Under the pieces are notes generated by a model. That model saw only the letters and a list, made by a program, of their open reading frames with translations. It was not told the DNA's origin and ran no database searches. Of a DNA stretch of 64,000 bases, positions 59,726 to 64,000 are shown in pieces. Made by a program: the position numbers and the translations under genes. The first letter of the stretch is position 1. Each line of letters begins with the position of its first letter. Origin of the DNA: Eremomyces bilateralis CBS 781.70 (taxonomy: Eukaryota); the NCBI GenBank assembly GCA_010015585.1, contig ML975157.1. One strand, 5' to 3'.

Positions 59726-59738
59726 CCCCGCACAGCCG
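59726..59738 (-). promoter_or_regulatory. CGG-N5-CGGGG site in the MFS/MBL divergent promoter
   Basis: - CGGCTGTGCGGGG. Near matches are CGGCATTGTGGGC (59702) and an N6 variant at about 59394. Confidence 0.55.
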
Positions 59739-60010
59739 ATATCTGGCGGGGAGTATGATCTTTATTGCTCGCGTTCATACGCCACCAAAATCCGACGTGC
59801 TGGTGTTTACTGTGCACTCTGCATTAGCTGGGGTTAATTGTCACAAGCAAGAGTGGAGCACCCTACCGCTTCTACTAGTTATATGTCATGCGCTCGTGCG
59901 CTATCTTGAGCTCTTAACTCCTGGACGGTCGGCTTCACACGAACAAATTGTTGCATCCTGCTCACCATTCGAGAAGATAGACATCAGTCCGTCCCCCAGG
60001 TTCGGAAAAA

Positions 60011-61144
60011 ATGGTCGAAAAGCAAACAATCGAATGGTTTGGTATGGCTGATATGGGTTGATTATATCGCCGTCATTGCTGATGAAACCAAGGCGCCACC
60101 ACTTTTCGACTTAGAGCTAAAGGCTTGACAATCTTTCTTGACACGTGGTTGGAGAGGCCGTCAAACATACCAACATATGCCTCCATTGACGATATTGATG
60201 AATGCGATTACATCTTTATCAGCCATGCGCATTTCGATCAGTATGAATTATGAACTGACGCAAGACGCCCTGAACTGACTCTTTGCAGTCTCCCTGGCGC
60301 TGATCGCCTAGCGAAAAAGACCGGCGCAACTATAGTTGGAAACGGCGAGGCCGTGAGTGTCATGCGTGCGGCTGGCGTACCAGAAGAACAGCTTCTGCCC
60401 GTTGCCGGCGGAGAAAGGATACCTCTTTTCTCAAAGTCTATCAGGGACGAAGTGCGATCGCAGTTCAGGGAGTTTCCAAGAAGTCGCGGGCCCCCAGGTC
60501 CGCCTAGGCCAGATGTATCCAAAGCTTCACTGTCGGTGCATGTATACCCCAGTCTTCACTGCCTCATGCCTGGGCCGCCAGGTCAACATCTCGATTTCAT
60601 CGACACAGCAACTGAGTACATTGGCGGCTCTGATCCATATGCTGGCACAATCGACATTACTATGGGGATGCGATATGGCTTGCTGGCTGCTGCGAAAGCT
60701 CCTCTGAGCGCCCGTGCTCAAATGCCTCCAGATTTCAGGCCATTTGTCGAATACATAGCGGATGAGAGAAACAAGTTCTCTAACTTTGACGGAGGCCAAA
60801 TGATGTATAACTTTTTTCTCGGCGAAAAGACACTATTATATATGTCACATCTAGGCGGATATTCGGGTATCCTGAAAGAGCTCGAACCACAACCCGACAT
60901 TCTTGTTATGGGCATCGCTGGGCGCGGCAATATCAATGGCCGGCCTTTTGATGGCTCAGCTGCACAGTGTGCGACGAACATCATCAAGTGGCTGGGTGAG
61001 CCGGAAAAAATTATATGGTGTCTGCACGATAAGGCTCCAATCAAACCATTCCGCGTGGAAACCGAGGCAGCAGCGAAGATGGTAGAGGCCGAAACTCGTT
61101 CGCGAGTTTTGACTTTGGAACATGCAACTGTGTATGATCTATAG
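60011..61144 (+). CDS. Metallo-beta-lactamase-fold hydrolase (UlaG/Lactamase_B_3-like), 3 exons
   Basis: Spliced MVEKQTIEWF|GATTFRL...IFLDTWL...YIFISHAHFDH|LPGADRLA provides HxHxDH. Later motifs are PSLHC and WCLHD. Confidence 0.88.
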
Positions 61145-61678
61145 CTGTTTGTAGACGAGTTGGGAGAATCATTATGCAGCAGTGCCCGACCTTGGGACAT
61201 TCTCCGAGCACTTGCAATCCCTTTCCCGTGTTTGGGCGCACAGAATTTCGCGTTGATGACCCCGGATCTGGCAGCTGAATTGAGTTGCTGGCGAATTACG
61301 GCTTACGGCAAATAATAATAATAATTCAATTTAACGTGCTATCCGGTTCCCGTTATGGTCTATGAACACGGACATTTGACTATTTAGTATGTCGCGGGTA
61401 AAAGTTTCCCCATTGCCAGGGCTATGGGTACGTAAAACCCCACCTCCTCCTTTGTGGTAGTAATTGTCCTTTCGTTTTTGCCTTCGTGGCTCTCCTTCTT
61501 GGTCGGTGCTTCCGCGGCGTGGTGGAGCAATACAGCAATATTGCTCCCCGTCGCAAGTTATCTCTTGGTTGATTTTTGGGCTGGCTGAGCCCTTTTTGTC
61601 CGTTGGGGTTATTATCCCTCACTCCGCTTTGGTTTTTTCGTTTTTGGAAAATGTCTGTTGCCGAAAATGTCCGTTGTA

Positions 61679-61851
61679 CAGTCAAACACCGCTATAACGA
61701 TTACCGCTACAGCGATATTCGCGTTATAGCGATAAGAAACCCTGCACGGATTCTCAATCAATGCTGCTAATAAAATTCGTTTTAGCGATATCCGCGTTAT
61801 TCCGATTGGATTCACCTGTACAGATTCAATCGTTATAGCAAAGGTTGACTG
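61679..61851. mobile_element. Tc1/mariner (pogo/Tigger-like) MITE, 173 bp
   Basis: TA|CAGTCAAACACCGCTATAACGAT ... ATCGTTATAGCAAAGGTTGACTG|TA (19/23 TIR match). Internal repeats of AGCGATAT(T/C)CGCGTTAT. Confidence 0.8.
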
Positions 61852-64000
61852 TATTTGTTTTTGGTCAATTGAGGAGTCGTCGTGAGGGCTTGTGGAAAAG
61901 TGTTCCGGGGGGCATCCCTGGGCGGTGTGACAGAAGATTTCCTGTAACTAGTGACTTTGCACAGATTCGAACTTAGTTCCTCTGAGTCTTTCTGTGCACC
62001 TATCACTCCAGTTACCATTCCACCATCGTCCCAGGGACACGGCTTACGGCAAAGGCTGTGGTATCCGAGGATAAAGGGCGAGTACCAAAATCCCACGCCG
62101 CATAAACGAAACGCTGGTATTCCCGTGGGATGAAGCGCCGTGCCAGATTCACGAGCAGCGCAGCTCAAACAAAGTTCTATTCGTGACGCAGGACTTCTCA
62201 CAGAAATCCCTCCTGAAAAGGGGCTTAGATAAGAAGACGCGGGTGGAGCCTGGTCATCACATGACACTCCGTGAAGGAATACATCATCAGCAAATTCGCC
62301 AGCCGAATTGTCGAAGAGACAAGATCTCTCTATGCGGTGTAAATGGGCTAAAGACATGGATCGGTGACTGTGCACCGCCCATTCATATCTTCGCTTAATC
62401 ACCGAATAAGGAGCCGCGTCATCGAGACGTTGTACCTCATGTAGGAAGAGTTGGGTAGTCGACAGTGGCGCAAGCTGGGTGCCGTGTCATGCAATCTTCG
62501 GGTCGCATTGCTGGCTACTACCATCTGAGTGTCTGTAATCTAGAACGGCCTAGCGCTAGAAAGAAGTGCTCATTGACAGTTGTACTGAGAGGATTCACTT
62601 CGAATCTGGAGCGGAGTCCGCTCGAAGAGTCGTGGATAGGGTACTGATATAACCATCCTGATTCAGGCAGCTTCTTCATCCGAATATTCTGGCGATCCAG
62701 ATACGCGCAGCATCCGGATAGAGCGGAATCTTGCAGGATCCAGTCATATCCACTGATTTTTTTATTGGAAGGGCAGCCACGTCGTATAATGGACAGGTCT
62801 CACGACTGCCGCAATGACGAGCGAGGCGCCTTCCAAAGGGGCAGCTGGAGACTTCGCACAATACACAGCCTTTATTTCCGTTTCGCCGTGGACCGTGGTT
62901 TGATTGCGACTCATGAGACGTACTGTCGCTGGCGATAAGGGGGTGCGGCAGGATGCGGCATGCATTAATTTTAGTAATTGGAGCCCGACGTGGCCCAACA
63001 TGAATCCGGATGGAGGTCATATGTTCAGTTGCGGCCAGTTCATATAACATTGCGCCTCCAGAATCCAGGGTAGAGAAGATCGGATATGTTGATAATACGT
63101 GAATGGACCACAGCGGTGGACCGTGGCGTGGCAGAGCAGCCGGATATCTGAGGGACAAAACGCAAGCCCGACGTGGAATTGCCCTGTATCAAGGAGAACC
63201 GGTAAACCAGGCCAGATTGCGCTGATCGTGTTGCCGAAGGGGAGGACAGCTCCAGCGTTGAGGGTGCCGTGCGTGGTCAAAAAGGTAGTCAGTAAGAGAG
63301 TGAGTATTTGCGGCCACCCAGGCCATTTCAGCATTCGTCAAGCGCCTCCCCTCGAGTCCGTGCTAAAGGAGCAGCGGTATCGTGAGAGAAATCGGGGAAA
63401 GGGAAATGCGTGGGCTGGCTCCGAACAAGACATTCGTATCCAAAGGCGAAGCCGACTATTGTACCGACGGTTGGCTCTGGAGGGTCCCATAATGCCTTCG
63501 AAAAGCGGGGTTGAAGCCGGCGGTTCCAGTTAGGCCAGGAAGTGGTGATAGATCTGGAAAAGAAGGGTGTGGGAGCGGTAGGGAGGACGGCGCATTTATG
63601 TAGGAAAATGACTAGAACGAGGTGGGGTCGACGGGGGATGGGCAGCTGAGAAACGATGGCGCAGAGATAGCGCTAAGTCAGAGGCGGTTCGACGAGCCCC
63701 CTAAACCCAAAGAGGCAGCGTACCTAAAGTCCTGGACAGATTTTACGATAGTACCGTAGATACTCTCCCAGAGTGCCCATGACATTATTCCTCGGAGTCG
63801 TCGCGGTATTGCGAGGTAGTTGAAGCGGGCCCCGGACTTCGATTTGGATGGTAGCCGACGGAACCCCCATCGGTTCGAGACGAACCGATATGTCCGCTGA
63901 CTGGTTCGGAGTGTCGGACGTGGTGGAGTGGGCTTGCTCTCCATGTCCTATGGAATGGGGAATTGCAGTGGAAGCCTTGAGTTTGGAGATAGAGGCTGGG

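Noticed and set aside
61860..64000. ORFs 61833-62402, 62676-63158, 63017-63334 and 63678-63944 (the last followed by an intron-like GTACGC...CTGAC...CAG)
   Set aside because: No recognisable domain, and splicing leads quickly to a stop. This may be a decayed gene, but I cannot support a call.

Overview
Intron-rich genomic DNA from a filamentous ascomycete (GT-AG introns of about 50-70 nt with CTRAC branch points). The left ~41 kb is mostly conserved housekeeping genes: ITC1-like WAC protein (partial), an Sbp1-like RRM protein, TAH18, a RING protein, the divergent NIP7/NOC3 pair, a PL1 pectate lyase, VMS1, SGF73, an HSL-like lipase, an HMG-box factor, MFS and MATE transporters and a secreted agmatinase-like enzyme. 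A small decayed F-box/ankyrin island sits at 20.6-24.1 kb. The main observation is a ~19 kb cluster of 10 genes (42365-61144) with no PKS/NRPS/terpene backbone gene: 2 paralogous AhpD/CMD-like proteins, 3 FAD monooxygenases (2 are intronless TfdB/PheA-type paralogs), a DUF3500 protein, a CocE/NonD hydrolase, an FAH-family hydrolase, an MFS transporter and a metallo-beta-lactamase-fold hydrolase. All six of its promoter regions carry a CGG-N5-YGGGG motif (9 copies), and a TA-flanked MITE lies at each end. It reads as a co-regulated aromatic/phenolic catabolic or detoxification cluster lacking a recognisable ring-cleavage dioxygenase, which makes the His-rich DUF3500 protein a candidate for that step (inference). 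Gene names come from recognising motifs by eye, with no database search, and exon boundaries were read manually.
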